Source: a virus (Duplodnaviria > Caudoviricetes). Taken from it: a stretch of 31,479 nt of DNA. The notes below the pieces were generated by a model. The model had not been told where the DNA came from. It worked only from the letters and a program-made list of their open reading frames with translations, and did not search any database. The first letter of the stretch is position 1. The number at the start of each line of letters is the position of its first letter. Position numbers and translations under genes: made by a program. The stretch spans positions 1-31,479 of the IMG/VR virus record IMGVR_UViG_3300025127_000139; one strand, written 5' to 3'. This document shows positions 11,101 to 20,153 of this stretch, one piece after another.

Positions 11101-13759
11101 ATATATTATCTATTTCTCTAGACCAACTACCTTTGTTGTTTATTGATTTAACTGCATTAGTGTCAAATACAACTACTTCTGTAACTTCGTTAGTTACAGG
11201 ATTTAGTAAAATTACACCATCATGACCTTCACTTATTAATTTATTTTTATAATTATCTCTTGCTGCTTTACCGCCTATTTTAATTTGTTTTTTTCTTTCT
11301 TGATCAGTTTCTACATATGGATTTTCTAAACGAACATATAAAGGCATAACTACACGATCTGCTTCCTTCGCACCTGTGCGTACACTTTTTTGCCTTGCAT
11401 ATCTTTTTGCATGACCTTCGTTTAATGTTAAATATATACCTTTACCTAAAAATCCCATATCATATTTGTTAGGATTATCTAAATCAAAACGATCAAAACT
11501 AGCTGTAGTACCGTGATATGCAACTATTGGTGTGCCGTCAGCATTCACCATCTTTGATTTACCAAACCAATTTTTAAACAATGTTGACTCAGTTCTTATC
11601 GACCCATCTTGATTAAAATAATCATCTCCAAAAGTTTCTGGTTTGCCTTCAAATTGCACACTATATAAATATCTATTTAAAAAATCTTTAATAGAAAGAT
11701 TAGATCTTTTTGCAAAAGTTAGTGCAAAATTTAAAGGTAAATTTGCTAATGCAGTTGCAGATTCTTTTGTGTATTGACCTGTTGCAATTAATTGTTCTTT
11801 TATTTGTGCTTTATACGCTCTTGCTTCTTTTTGTGATTCTTTAAATAAAGCTGTACCTTTTTTTATATCAGTTAATGCTTTATCTAGCATTTCATCTTTT
11901 ATTTTATAAACTTCTTGGAATTCTGCTTGGCTATATGTTTCTTTACCTAAACGTATATGTGGTCTTAATATATTATGAAATTCTGTACCTGCAACATTTG
12001 CTAAATAATCACCAGTTGTTATTTTGATACTTTTACCGACAAGACCTTCTTCCTCTGCATTTTTTAATTGGTCACTTAAATCAGAATTAAACAATTCTAA
12101 TTGTTCCATTGATATATCATTGTCATCTAGCTGTTGTTGAAATGTTTTTGCGTCTATATAAAAATCACTTACACCATTACGTTCACCAACCAAATCCATA
12201 TATCTTTGCCATAAATTTTTATTTCTTTTTAACGTCTTATCGTTTTGTGTAATTTCAAGCATTTTGTCAATATATTGTTGATCACTTTCTGATTGTCTTA
12301 AATTATTAGTTGTTTGATAATACCCACCACCAGATGTCAAAATACCAAATGTCAACATACCTTTTGTAGTATCTGCAATTACGTTTCGTATTCGATCCCA
12401 TGTTTCTTCTGCGGATACGTTTTCAGTTTCATAAGTAGCCATTTCAGCAGCTATGTTGTAGCCAATAATATTTATAAGTTCTTGCGTTATTTCAGTTGCG
12501 TTTTCTGTCAGTATATTTTGTGCTATATCAGTAAATACACTTCTTGATACAGAATATTTTGTAAGTTGTTCAAATTTATCGCTAAGACTAACATTAACTG
12601 CTCTTCTCAATAATCTTTTATTAAACATATTCCATGCAGGTTGTAGTTTTTTTTCTAATCCAGATTTACTAAAAGCACCTACAACCCATTGGTTAGAACC
12701 AACTTTTACTGCTCCTTTTGATATAAGCGAGCTAGTACCTTTAGCTAAAAATGGTAATCCAATTCTTTCAACTCCACCTGCAAGCAATCCAACTACTTGC
12801 GCTTGTTTCGCAGCATCTTCATGATTTAATCCACCAACTTTTTGTATTGCATCTAAATATGAATTACCACCTTCAACCATATATGAATTAAGAAACATAT
12901 AATTGTACGCAGCAGGTAAACCTGTCGTTGCGCCAATAATTCCACCTACAAGTGTGCCTTTACCGGGAACAACACTACCCATTAATGCACCAATTTTTGC
13001 ATTTATTTTTGAAGTAACTATTCCTGTTGTTGCAGCAGCAGGTAACGTTCTGCTCCATTGACCTGCATAATATCCACCAGCTTCTAACCAACCAACACCA
13101 TCTTCGTTATACAATGCTATTTGTTTATCTATTTCTTTAATTCTTGCTAATTTTTCTTCTCGTGATTCTTGACCGCTAAATGCACCAAAAATATCAGCAG
13201 CTATGAATTTTTTAATTCTATCGCCTTGATTATATTGGCTATTTTCATCACCTGTCATTAACTGATAACCTAACAATCCTCTTTCATTAGATAACCAACC
13301 TTTATGAATACCTTGCGGTAAACCTTGAAGTTCATTTATTACAAATCGTGGTATTGCTGTTAATGCTCTAGTCGTTGTGTAATATTCTTGTAAATTTTCT
13401 ATATTGTCATGTGCTAATGCAGCAAATTTAGGATCTTCTAATTGTTTCGCTAATACTGGGTTTATTCTTGCAAAATTTTGATTTAATATATATTCTTCAC
13501 GTTTTCTTTTTTTTATATATTCAAATGTTTCATCATCGTCTTTAAGATCAAAATCATCTGGCAAATTAAATTGTTCTTTAAATTTTTGTATCTCACCTGC
13601 TTTATCACCATCTAATTCGCTAACAGCTTTTAATGTTTGCCTTATATTATTCCATTGATTGTTTTGTTTATATTTTGCGTACTCACGAAAAAGATCATCA
13701 TCATTTTCATTATTAAAATTGTTTTCTAAATCTTCGTATTTTATAAAATTTGAATCCAT
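5174..13759 (-). CDS. Giant internal virion (ejection) protein, polyvalent type: ART-like x2, HhH/glycosylase-like, zincin metallopeptidase (2861 aa)
   Basis: Syntenic with T7 gp16. ART-PolyVal-like FKNWFG..AYHGT..GKGIYLT..GHDGVI..EVVVF (~11110-11590). GWY..GPKIG..TLDRW..LQALVW domain (~9820-10860). Second ART-like VYHHT..DVYVTT (~9265-9545). FFHETGH..HEAFA zincin (~8780-9240). Confidence 0.8.
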   Translation of the reverse strand: MDSNFIKYEDLENNFNNENDDDLFREYAKYKQNNQWNNIRQTLKAVSELDGDKAGEIQKFKEQFNLPDDFDLKDDDETFEYIKKRKREEYILNQNFARINPVLAKQLEDPKFAALAHDNIENLQEYYTTTRALTAIPRFVINELQGLPQGIHKGWLSNERGLLGYQLMTGDENSQYNQGDRIKKFIAADIFGAFSGQESREEKLARIKEIDKQIALYNEDGVGWLEAGGYYAGQWSRTLPAAATTGIVTSKINAKIGALMGSVVPGKGTLVGGIIGATTGLPAAYNYMFLNSYMVEGGNSYLDAIQKVGGLNHEDAAKQAQVVGLLAGGVERIGLPFLAKGTSSLISKGAVKVGSNQWVVGAFSKSGLEKKLQPAWNMFNKRLLRRAVNVSLSDKFEQLTKYSVSRSVFTDIAQNILTENATEITQELINIIGYNIAAEMATYETENVSAEETWDRIRNVIADTTKGMLTFGILTSGGGYYQTTNNLRQSESDQQYIDKMLEITQNDKTLKRNKNLWQRYMDLVGERNGVSDFYIDAKTFQQQLDDNDISMEQLELFNSDLSDQLKNAEEEGLVGKSIKITTGDYLANVAGTEFHNILRPHIRLGKETYSQAEFQEVYKIKDEMLDKALTDIKKGTALFKESQKEARAYKAQIKEQLIATGQYTKESATALANLPLNFALTFAKRSNLSIKDFLNRYLYSVQFEGKPETFGDDYFNQDGSIRTESTLFKNWFGKSKMVNADGTPIVAYHGTTASFDRFDLDNPNKYDMGFLGKGIYLTLNEGHAKRYARQKSVRTGAKEADRVVMPLYVRLENPYVETDQERKKQIKIGGKAARDNYKNKLISEGHDGVILLNPVTNEVTEVVVFDTNAVKSINNKGSWSREIDNIYEQQLQTFEQQGKQQKQGKFVPQAVFQIARIVENFDFATSKPFATNRQFKLEIQNRVKAEAKKAGVDLSKFTVEVEKYLVQTLLDDARFALRENANAVGWYNEKVTKAMKVISLAYPKIATDIEHSFAFKWALAATSNGIDVNTNFRYASAAYEYFDQNGKLPESFPEGGQSRLAMEISFQTINQLIEEKGFAEVEQFMKTKHTRREVEAFTGKEVTGGFGMEELVYGSAIIGPKIGNGFFANLYGNYEQLTLDRWAMRTWGRMTGTLVNDKSKQAKIKREHIKQIIRSLSKEQKKAFELIIKRKLTLGDIDAIAIAIEKATTKPANRAAMMQIATFTEDAKNKQIFIDIMGQPKKGDKTVSLGDLLRKRGNGLAKDLDGQKEVVSGAPERRNVEKVFTQVLSILQQDVKDLTMSDLQALVWYPEKKLYDSAKLKEAVVETGYEDNAAPDYANAAVDFAARLGVSDADIQLALQEVDNDLSVQSEERTTGTQRDDGGSIFVRTDSETFQQQGRIDTITGLPINPDGTVTVYHHTNKRAAESIKGTNQLRSAGEPDVYVTTRAIADTGYGDTAVAIRVEPSRLSLDDEFPNGRKDFRLTVGKPRGSIQVKVGEFYEQRSKNPKGRFDPKSFTTLINSESDISTFFHETGHYMLSVMEDIVMQPDAPADIVNDFNVLLDFWGVKDIDTWSKFSIEQKKEYHEAFALNFEIYLHEGKVPNNDSRMRRIFRDFVRYLGEVYNNIKYELNTQYRKLFGRDLPVLTDEVRSVMDRMLATDQNILLANEIYGMKAMFLTKEQSGMTDAEWTDYQARLQDAFDESKEILNQKSMAQLQWLDNARSKYMANIQKKHKKVYKEVEAEVTQEVQNEKVYRLINYLKRGETTNDKGQIVKVQSGYKLSLESVRQLVPFHDMAFEIKELGTGRYGMVAKEGQSVETVADLFEYANGLDMIDAILTARPIAEVIKERTEQRMLEEYSELVDERIIELNVLEALHNEARSRFISLELKFLSKSTQPVRLQVAAAREAALDILAKRKLQDIKPSEYTRDEENARKEAEDAISKGDEQRAVEAKRSQLIANQLAKEAIQIHKNYDNAIKKFNKFLQTDQKFRDKNKKYKRNMFLIDAGRAILYSFGIGKKKINVTEKMNQIKEYNPFTYEQLQPIIEKAGRKRTQTDLLSLTSDEFLNLEETLDFLWHQSLRDEQIRQGNKLIAFEEARDPLLKILDRNISRSPQARERLANPPGKREAVKTTFKSKLHKFVLTLGSNLQRMESFTDLMDGADEVVKGVGSAVLQLKGGKLGAFYNTLYYPIKEALNEYRQQQVVITKEYTDLVAALNFGNKENKITAYEFDQVSEDSDAYTFGTDSDGLGKVELLGAMLHTGNKSNLKKLLLGRGWGSLNEDGTLNTTHWDNFVQRMKDEGILTQSDYVFLQAVWDLNQKMLPLLQKAHRELNGFYFKVVEATPIVNEFGTFRGGYVPAKGDPNMTKQEVEITVEQLQREFRMSLPMVEHGMTKERNENFAQPLSLNLGYMTKHIDDTLRYSYVQPVVKDVLKIVNDKEFQKKLEILNPQKTETLIKPWLQTVVSQKTFAPSGMGAEFDTALNATRKRGGMAVMFFNLKNAIEQYTGVFPAMLKATPVQMLSSLQNYIADREGTMQAIADLSPFMADRQLNQIFDIQSRLQELIVNPNNFEKFKDWSTKHAYFLQQTFQNQVDAVVWMAVYNQTHQKLPSSMSDIEVQTEAIKQADAAVRMTQDSLLPEDRAGFQNWNPIIQSISQFTGYFNNIANLNNNQYQKITRDIGFNNKGKGTEQLFYMYFYSIMMPAVIAGMIGRTFAGNLFLDEEDDGMIVDDMMKAVLGDLVNYKKAFVPIFGNALLIPINQFDDKPWNDNLVSSPSLELLVRGSQTAFKLPVDLIEGKGISGRQVRDISALVTIFSGIPITPIGKSSGYLIDVGTGKVNPENTFDLIRGAITGKASRASRGL

Positions 13760-13762
13760 AAT

Positions 13763-16294
13763 TTAATTACCTTTTAACATATTTATTCTTAGGTTGTTTT
13801 TATAAGTATCTGAATCACCGGGCTTACCTGCATTTACCCATTCATTTGCTATGTTTTCAGAAGTTAAAGCTTCACCACTTATAAATAATTGTCTTAAAAT
13901 TGTACTTCGCACATTTGTTGGTATTTCTTGTAAATAAATTGTTTCATCATTTACTTTTACATATAAACGCTTAAAGTCATCACTACCTCTTTCAACCTCA
14001 TATACTGCTACCTTTTTATCAATGCCAAAAGGACTACCAAAAATACCTTTGTCAAACATAACTTCATCAGTTAAAATTTCTTTTAATATTGCTTTTCTTT
14101 TGTCATAAGTTATTTCTATACCATTTTCATAATAAAAATTTAAACGATCTCTAAATTTCATTTTTAATCTGTCATATTTTTTTGCGTCATTAGAACCTGA
14201 TTTAGCATCTACTAAATTATCTAAATTGTTATTTCTAAGACCATTGTCAAATATTTCTTTATCTACTGTTATTCCTTTGCTTTTTGTACTGTTTGATTTG
14301 TTTTGATTTAATTGGTTTACATAATATTCATATGTGCCGGGATCAAGTTGATACCTATATGACTTTAATAAATTTTCATTTTGCAATACTTCTACATCAT
14401 TAGTTTCTATTTCATGTATTGCATCTTCATTTGAAACTGATGGTTGACCATTTTTTAATTTTTTTTGATCTTCTAGCGTAAAACTGTTTATGTCAATACC
14501 ATTCGCTTTTAATAATTTCCATCCATCTGGTTCTGAAAAAGCTATGTCTTCTGCTTGTGTATATGCATTGTTATATATTTCTGTTCTTTGTTTATCTATT
14601 TTATTGTATTTAAATCTTAGATCTGTTAATGCGTGTTCTTGTTTAACAGGATCAGTTATTGTATCTTTTATTTGTTTTTCGTAATAAGTTAATGGAGGTA
14701 AATTAGTAACAGGATTAACTTCTACATATTGTTTACCATTAACGTATGCATAATCAATATCATCATTTATAACAAGTAAATCGTTACCAATTGCATTTAC
14801 ATATTTATATTGTTGGTCATTTTTTATTTTTATATCTTCTTCTAGATTTTTTATTTTTACTAACAATTTTGCTTTTTTTTCAACATAAACACCTTTACTT
14901 TTCATACGACTGTTTTTTTCTTTTAACACAGCTAATTTGTTTTTCATAGTTTTAACATCTGATGCGTATACATTTTCTATTTCAGCAAGAAATGAACTAT
15001 TAAAATTTTCCATTACTTTTTTATTTATTTCTACAAAATAGTTTGAATCATTGTTATATCTTTCTTTATCTATATTTGCTTCTTTAATTGCATTTGAATA
15101 CAACGTGTCAGCTTTTTTGACTCCTAATTTTTGTATTGCAAATAAATGTGCTGTTGCGTGTTGTGGAATAATTTGGTTATATTTAGTAGAACTTGGGTTG
15201 TAATATATTGATTCTGCTCTTTTTTGTTGTAAATCTTCTATAACTTCGTCTTTAGTTGCGTTTAAATTCTCTGATAAATTAGCGTTATTACCATCTAAAA
15301 CTGCCGATCCATTTCCATCGTCAGTTGTATTATTACTGTCTAATTTTAATACAAAATTAGCTTGACTTAAAAAATTATTGTCGTTGGAATTTCCTTTGTA
15401 ATCTAAAACATTATTACATATTTTTACAGCACAAAATTCATTTTGACTTTTTTCTAATTGATCTAAACTTTTTATTAATGTTTGACCATCAACAGTTGAA
15501 ATTAATATGCCGTTTGATTCAAAACCTTCTGCGTGTCTTGCAAAATATCTTTTACCCAATTCTTCTTCATTATTATCACTAAACCATTTCACGGCTGCAT
15601 CATGTATATCATTTGAATATTCTTTAACCATTTCTAAATATTGAAAACTAATATCACCTTTTGCTGGATCTATATTCCAATTTTTCATTATTGCGTATTG
15701 TTGTATTTCTTCTATGCCACTAAAAAAATTTTGCCAATGGTCACTATTAGGATCATTAAATGTAGTAATACTACTAATTGAATTTAATTTATGAACATTA
15801 ATTTTTGATTTATTTTCTAATTCTATGGCATTACGTTGTTGCTTTATAGAATGTTGTGTCATTTTACTTTGCGCTGCTTTAGTTGACACTAATGCCATAT
15901 TTTCAAACAAATATTTAATTTGATCATTACTTGCCTTGTCTGAATATGACGTTAAAAGCTCATTTATATTGTTATTAGCAACGTCATAAACAGTATTACC
16001 ATTTTCTTTGTCAACTGTTTCTATTGCTCCAAAACCTTCTGTAGCAAGATAATTTTCTTTTTCTTTATCTAAATCTACAGAATATTCGTTATAAAGTTTT
16101 TTTGCTTCAGCATCGTTATATTCTGCTTGTAATTTTATAGCAATATCTGCAACATTTCTTTGCGCTTGACTAAACCTTTGTATGTCATCTGTAACAGTAT
16201 CTTTTACAGGTTCTATACTGCCACCAGTAAATTGTGGTGCTGACCCAATTTCTAATCCTACTTCTGGTGTTTGTTGTAAAGGTACTTTTGCCAT
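13763..16294 (-). CDS. Internal virion protein, T7 gp15-like position (843 aa)
   Basis: Second of three genes between tail tube B and the fibre; MAKVP N-terminus and a helical, charged composition; no catalytic motif recognised. Confidence 0.65.
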   Translation of the reverse strand: MAKVPLQQTPEVGLEIGSAPQFTGGSIEPVKDTVTDDIQRFSQAQRNVADIAIKLQAEYNDAEAKKLYNEYSVDLDKEKENYLATEGFGAIETVDKENGNTVYDVANNNINELLTSYSDKASNDQIKYLFENMALVSTKAAQSKMTQHSIKQQRNAIELENKSKINVHKLNSISSITTFNDPNSDHWQNFFSGIEEIQQYAIMKNWNIDPAKGDISFQYLEMVKEYSNDIHDAAVKWFSDNNEEELGKRYFARHAEGFESNGILISTVDGQTLIKSLDQLEKSQNEFCAVKICNNVLDYKGNSNDNNFLSQANFVLKLDSNNTTDDGNGSAVLDGNNANLSENLNATKDEVIEDLQQKRAESIYYNPSSTKYNQIIPQHATAHLFAIQKLGVKKADTLYSNAIKEANIDKERYNNDSNYFVEINKKVMENFNSSFLAEIENVYASDVKTMKNKLAVLKEKNSRMKSKGVYVEKKAKLLVKIKNLEEDIKIKNDQQYKYVNAIGNDLLVINDDIDYAYVNGKQYVEVNPVTNLPPLTYYEKQIKDTITDPVKQEHALTDLRFKYNKIDKQRTEIYNNAYTQAEDIAFSEPDGWKLLKANGIDINSFTLEDQKKLKNGQPSVSNEDAIHEIETNDVEVLQNENLLKSYRYQLDPGTYEYYVNQLNQNKSNSTKSKGITVDKEIFDNGLRNNNLDNLVDAKSGSNDAKKYDRLKMKFRDRLNFYYENGIEITYDKRKAILKEILTDEVMFDKGIFGSPFGIDKKVAVYEVERGSDDFKRLYVKVNDETIYLQEIPTNVRSTILRQLFISGEALTSENIANEWVNAGKPGDSDTYKNNLRINMLKGN

Positions 16295-16296
16295 AA

Positions 16297-16875
16297 CTAT
16301 TTTTTCCAGAATTCTGAGGGTAAACCAGAAACAATAGAACTAGCACCTGTTAAAAAGGTACTACTCATGTCCATAATAGGACTTATAGAAGAAGCAGTAG
16401 TAAACAAATTATCAGCAGACATACCGTACATATCACCTCTAATACCCATGTTAACTGCTTGTCCTCGTTTAGTATTCATTGCTCTTACTTTATTTGTATT
16501 CATTGTTAATCTGTCTATTTCTTTCATTAATTCAGCACTAGCAAAAACATTTGCAGTACTACCAACACCCATTTGTATACCTCGTGCAGCAAAAGATGCT
16601 TTAGATCTTGATATAGCTTGACCTGCTTTCATAGTGCGTATTGCTATTTGTTTGTTATATGCCCTTCCTATATGTTGCGCTTGGCTTTCTAACATACGTT
16701 TATTAAGTTGCGCCATATCACGTTGATGTTCAAAATTTAACGCTTTACTTCTTGCTAAATATCTTTCTGTATTTGCTTTAGAACCTGCTCCAATTATGCC
16801 AGTAAGCATACTTGAAACGCCTAATCCAAGACCTAATTTATCTCCTACTCCTAAAGCTCCAAAATTTAATGCCAT
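16297..16875 (-). CDS. Internal virion protein, T7 gp14-like (192 aa)
   Basis: Gly-rich hydrophobic N-terminus, central coiled coil, ASFAARGI..GVGS motif; position after tail tube B; SD GAGG upstream. Confidence 0.7.
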   Translation of the reverse strand: MALNFGALGVGDKLGLGLGVSSMLTGIIGAGSKANTERYLARSKALNFEHQRDMAQLNKRMLESQAQHIGRAYNKQIAIRTMKAGQAISRSKASFAARGIQMGVGSTANVFASAELMKEIDRLTMNTNKVRAMNTKRGQAVNMGIRGDMYGMSADNLFTTASSISPIMDMSSTFLTGASSIVSGLPSEFWKK

Positions 16876-16909
16876 TGTTGTACTTACCTCAACGCTGCCT
16901 TATTTTTTT

Positions 16910-16944
16910 AGTATATATAAATAATATCTGTTTACGGTCACACT
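16910..16944 (-). promoter_or_regulatory. Putative late promoter, copy 3 (internal virion protein block)
   Basis: Minus strand AGT-GTGACCGTA (16941..16933), 17 nt, TATACT (16915..16910). Confidence 0.8.
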
Positions 16945-19408
16945 ATCCACCAATAGCTACTTCTAAAGTTAATGCTACTACTGTTAAAGGTAATGGATCA
17001 GTTTGTCGTACAAATAACTGGCCATTGTCTTGCCAAGTAGGAGTTAACATAATTTTTATATCTTGTGTTTTTAATCTTGGTGGTTCACCATATGGTTCTG
17101 TAGTTCTTTGTTTTGCTTCTATTAATTTGTCTGCACTAGGGCCAGCAAAAATACCAGAAGATTCTAATACTCTTAACCAAACATGATTTATATTTTTTAC
17201 TCTACCCTGACCAAATGCTTCTACTTGCAGAGCTAAAGGTAAACTTTGCAAATCACTATTATATTGCAAACCTATATGAGCAACACTGGCAGCACGTTCT
17301 AAAACTATTGTGCCACTACTAACTACTCTTTGTGGATGCACAGCACCGTCTGCCAATATGCTTACAGTTTTACCTTCTAAATAATTAAGACCTGATATTG
17401 TATTTCTTGCAACTTCATAAGATGTTAATCCTGTGTTGCGTAAAGGTGCTGGCAAATCTCTTTCTAATTTTGCAGTTGCTACTGTTGCACTTGTAGTAGA
17501 TATAATTACACATCTATATGTCTCTATACCATCTACTATAACTATTGCATCATCTACATCAGCTACACTTGGTGGTGGATTAAATAAATTATAGTTAGTT
17601 GTTACTGTAACGCTTTCACCTCTTGTATAGTTTGTACCGCCAGAAATAGTTACAGTGCGAGAATTATCTGTATTTGTACCATCATATGTAGAACCAGAAT
17701 CAACAAAAAAACTATCACGTTGGGTTGCATAGATTCTTGTTCCCATACGTTCTATATATCTTTTTGACGCACCATTAATAGTTCTTTTTATAACGCAATA
17801 AACTACATCATCTGCACCTTCAGAAACTACTGCTACGCTTTCAAATAAACCATCAGTCTCATGTTGATGCCATGCACCTATTTGTTGTTCTGGTACATAT
17901 GTAAGTCCTAATAATAAACCTTGATTATTTACAAACCAAACTACAGGCAATGGTGCTTTTGCCATACCTATATCTACAATTTCAAAATTATCAAATAAAT
18001 GTGCTGCTCTAATTGATACATCACCTGTAATAAAACCATTAGCTTGCCAGTTGTACCCTAACTCTCTAACGTGGCCACCACGAGATGCAGCATAAACCAT
18101 GCTGTTATTAACAATTACTGGCTGTGCATTGTTTGCACCAACATACGATTGTGGTTTTACCGATATAGATGTAGGTGTTATAGCGTCACTGTTTACAGAA
18201 GTCACACGCCATTCTGCTGACCCTGTAAGCATAAGTAAGTTTGTTAATGGAACTATATGTCTAATAGTATTTGCTTCACGAGCAGCAACTCTAAACTCAA
18301 TACGGTCATCATCTCGTATAGGTAAACCAAAAGACATATTACTTTCAGTACCTGATTTAGTCATCCATATATTTTGCGGTGCATTATTTGTACCTGCAAA
18401 CACTCTGCGTTGTTCAAAATAAGATACAGCACCGGGATAATTACCGCTACCTACAAAATCATTTTCATATATTGGTGGCGTTACAGAAAAATCTGGCCCT
18501 ATGTTGTCATCAATAATAGTTGTAGCAGTAGTTTCTCCAATAAATCCATATATACCACCTTGATTTTTATAAACTCTATATCTATCAGCAGCAGCTACTG
18601 CATTCCAAGTTACTGTATTTTTTGCACCAGTTACAAAAATATTATTATTCACAGATGCAGAACTAGATTGTGCGCTTTCGTCTACTAAATTTGCTGCGAT
18701 AGAAGTAACTACATATTCGTGCGCTTGATAAGTATCAGTGTTAATACTGGCAGATGAAGGTATATACGCAGCTACACTAACTCCTCCCGGTGCTGAAATA
18801 GGACTACCGAAATCAATTAATTTAAGTTCCCATTTTGTTGCGCCTAATCTTCTTAATTCTCTTGGTGGGTGATTTGGATGTACTAACGTCATAACGTCAG
18901 CAGATTGTACATAATGTAAATCAAACAATTCTGCTTCTAAATATGGTGACGGTATTTCATATGTCATATCAGCAGGTAACGCATACCAATTAGTAGCATT
19001 TGGTGGTTGGCTATTAGAGTGCGCTGTTTTAGCGTAATAATTTGTACCGCTATATTTTGCTATATCTCCTACTGTATAGTTTGTACCACCGTTCCATGCT
19101 GCACCATCTGTATATTGCAAAGTTAATCCTTGAGTATGAAATCTAAAATAGGTATTACCCATTTCAATAACCATAGTTTGCACAGTATTAAAAGTAAATG
19201 ACAACAATCTTGTAGCTTTAGTACTGTCTTTTACTTCTTTTACAAATTTAAATCCCGGTCTATTCTGTGCTGGCCCTTGTGGTTTAGCAATAAAATTACG
19301 CATTTTTGCTGCGCCTTGTTGATATTTAGCATCATCTATACGCCCAAACATTTCTGGTGATACTTCACCTGCTGAAAATGCTTTAGAAAATGTGCGTGTA
19401 GTTGGCAT
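16943..19408 (-). CDS. Tail tubular protein B / nozzle (821 aa), BPP-1 Bbp13-like
   Basis: FSAGEVSPEMFGRIDD N-terminus, YVQSADVM, YPGAVSYFEQRRVFAG, AWHQHET, and QTDPLPLTVVAL C-terminus are typical of this family. Confidence 0.88.
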   Translation of the reverse strand: MPTTRTFSKAFSAGEVSPEMFGRIDDAKYQQGAAKMRNFIAKPQGPAQNRPGFKFVKEVKDSTKATRLLSFTFNTVQTMVIEMGNTYFRFHTQGLTLQYTDGAAWNGGTNYTVGDIAKYSGTNYYAKTAHSNSQPPNATNWYALPADMTYEIPSPYLEAELFDLHYVQSADVMTLVHPNHPPRELRRLGATKWELKLIDFGSPISAPGGVSVAAYIPSSASINTDTYQAHEYVVTSIAANLVDESAQSSSASVNNNIFVTGAKNTVTWNAVAAADRYRVYKNQGGIYGFIGETTATTIIDDNIGPDFSVTPPIYENDFVGSGNYPGAVSYFEQRRVFAGTNNAPQNIWMTKSGTESNMSFGLPIRDDDRIEFRVAAREANTIRHIVPLTNLLMLTGSAEWRVTSVNSDAITPTSISVKPQSYVGANNAQPVIVNNSMVYAASRGGHVRELGYNWQANGFITGDVSIRAAHLFDNFEIVDIGMAKAPLPVVWFVNNQGLLLGLTYVPEQQIGAWHQHETDGLFESVAVVSEGADDVVYCVIKRTINGASKRYIERMGTRIYATQRDSFFVDSGSTYDGTNTDNSRTVTISGGTNYTRGESVTVTTNYNLFNPPPSVADVDDAIVIVDGIETYRCVIISTTSATVATAKLERDLPAPLRNTGLTSYEVARNTISGLNYLEGKTVSILADGAVHPQRVVSSGTIVLERAASVAHIGLQYNSDLQSLPLALQVEAFGQGRVKNINHVWLRVLESSGIFAGPSADKLIEAKQRTTEPYGEPPRLKTQDIKIMLTPTWQDNGQLFVRQTDPLPLTVVALTLEVAIGG

Positions 19409-19411
19409 AAT

Positions 19412-20080
19412 TTATCTCCCAGATGTCCAAGGAACAATATGTTCTATTGTTATATCTCTTTGTAAATTATCTGCTTGTTTTGCACTAGATAAATATCCTT
19501 GCATCATTTCTATACAGCGTTTTGCTTCTGCCATGCCTTGATCACCTTTTATTATTGGCCCTGCAAGCATTGATGCTAAATGCCAAGACAATGTATTTAT
19601 AAATAAAGGTGGAAATAAAGTCGAATCAGTTATTAATGCTTGATATCTCAACATTGCATTTTCTTGGTTTGTATAAATATATGATCCCTCTATTGCAAAC
19701 TGTTGTGGTGTATATTGTCCAGCTACTATTGTCGGGGCATAGTTAGATGTTATACCACCGGGTGTATCACCAGCAGACATTCTTGTAGCATAATCATTTT
19801 GTGCTGTCGGAGATATTATTGCAACAGCCGACATCATGTCAGCAGGTGCTGCATATGCATAATCCCATTGATCCAATGTATTAGTAGTTAATGCTAAACT
19901 ACCTCGTTTAGATGCAAAACTCCATGTATGCATTGCCAGCAAACTGTTTCTTGCTATTGGATAAAAACGTGCAGCTTTTTCCGCTTGTGCCGATCCTTCT
20001 GGTGGGGATAGCGTAGCTATTGTTGCATCATCACCCAAATTTGCTAGGGCAAGATTGCAAATATCTACTTCAGTTGCCAT
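19412..20080 (-). CDS. Tail tubular protein A / head-tail adaptor (222 aa)
   Basis: MATEVDICNLALANLGD N-terminus, HTWSFA and FPPLF..LSWHLA motifs; SD AGGAG. Confidence 0.85.
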   Translation of the reverse strand: MATEVDICNLALANLGDDATIATLSPPEGSAQAEKAARFYPIARNSLLAMHTWSFASKRGSLALTTNTLDQWDYAYAAPADMMSAVAIISPTAQNDYATRMSAGDTPGGITSNYAPTIVAGQYTPQQFAIEGSYIYTNQENAMLRYQALITDSTLFPPLFINTLSWHLASMLAGPIIKGDQGMAEAKRCIEMMQGYLSSAKQADNLQRDITIEHIVPWTSGR

Positions 20081-20090
20081 GACATCTCCT

Positions 20091-20128
20091 AAAAAAAGAG
20101 GAGGTTAGCAGTAATACTACTAGCCCCC
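20091..20128 (-). terminator. Intrinsic terminator after the capsid block (analogous to T7 T-phi)
   Basis: Minus strand GGGGGCTAGTAG-TATTA-CTGCTAACCTCC followed by TCTTTTTTT; imperfect stem with one mismatch and G-U pairs. Confidence 0.7.
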
Positions 20129-20153
20129 AGTGTGTAAATAAGATAACCAATAC

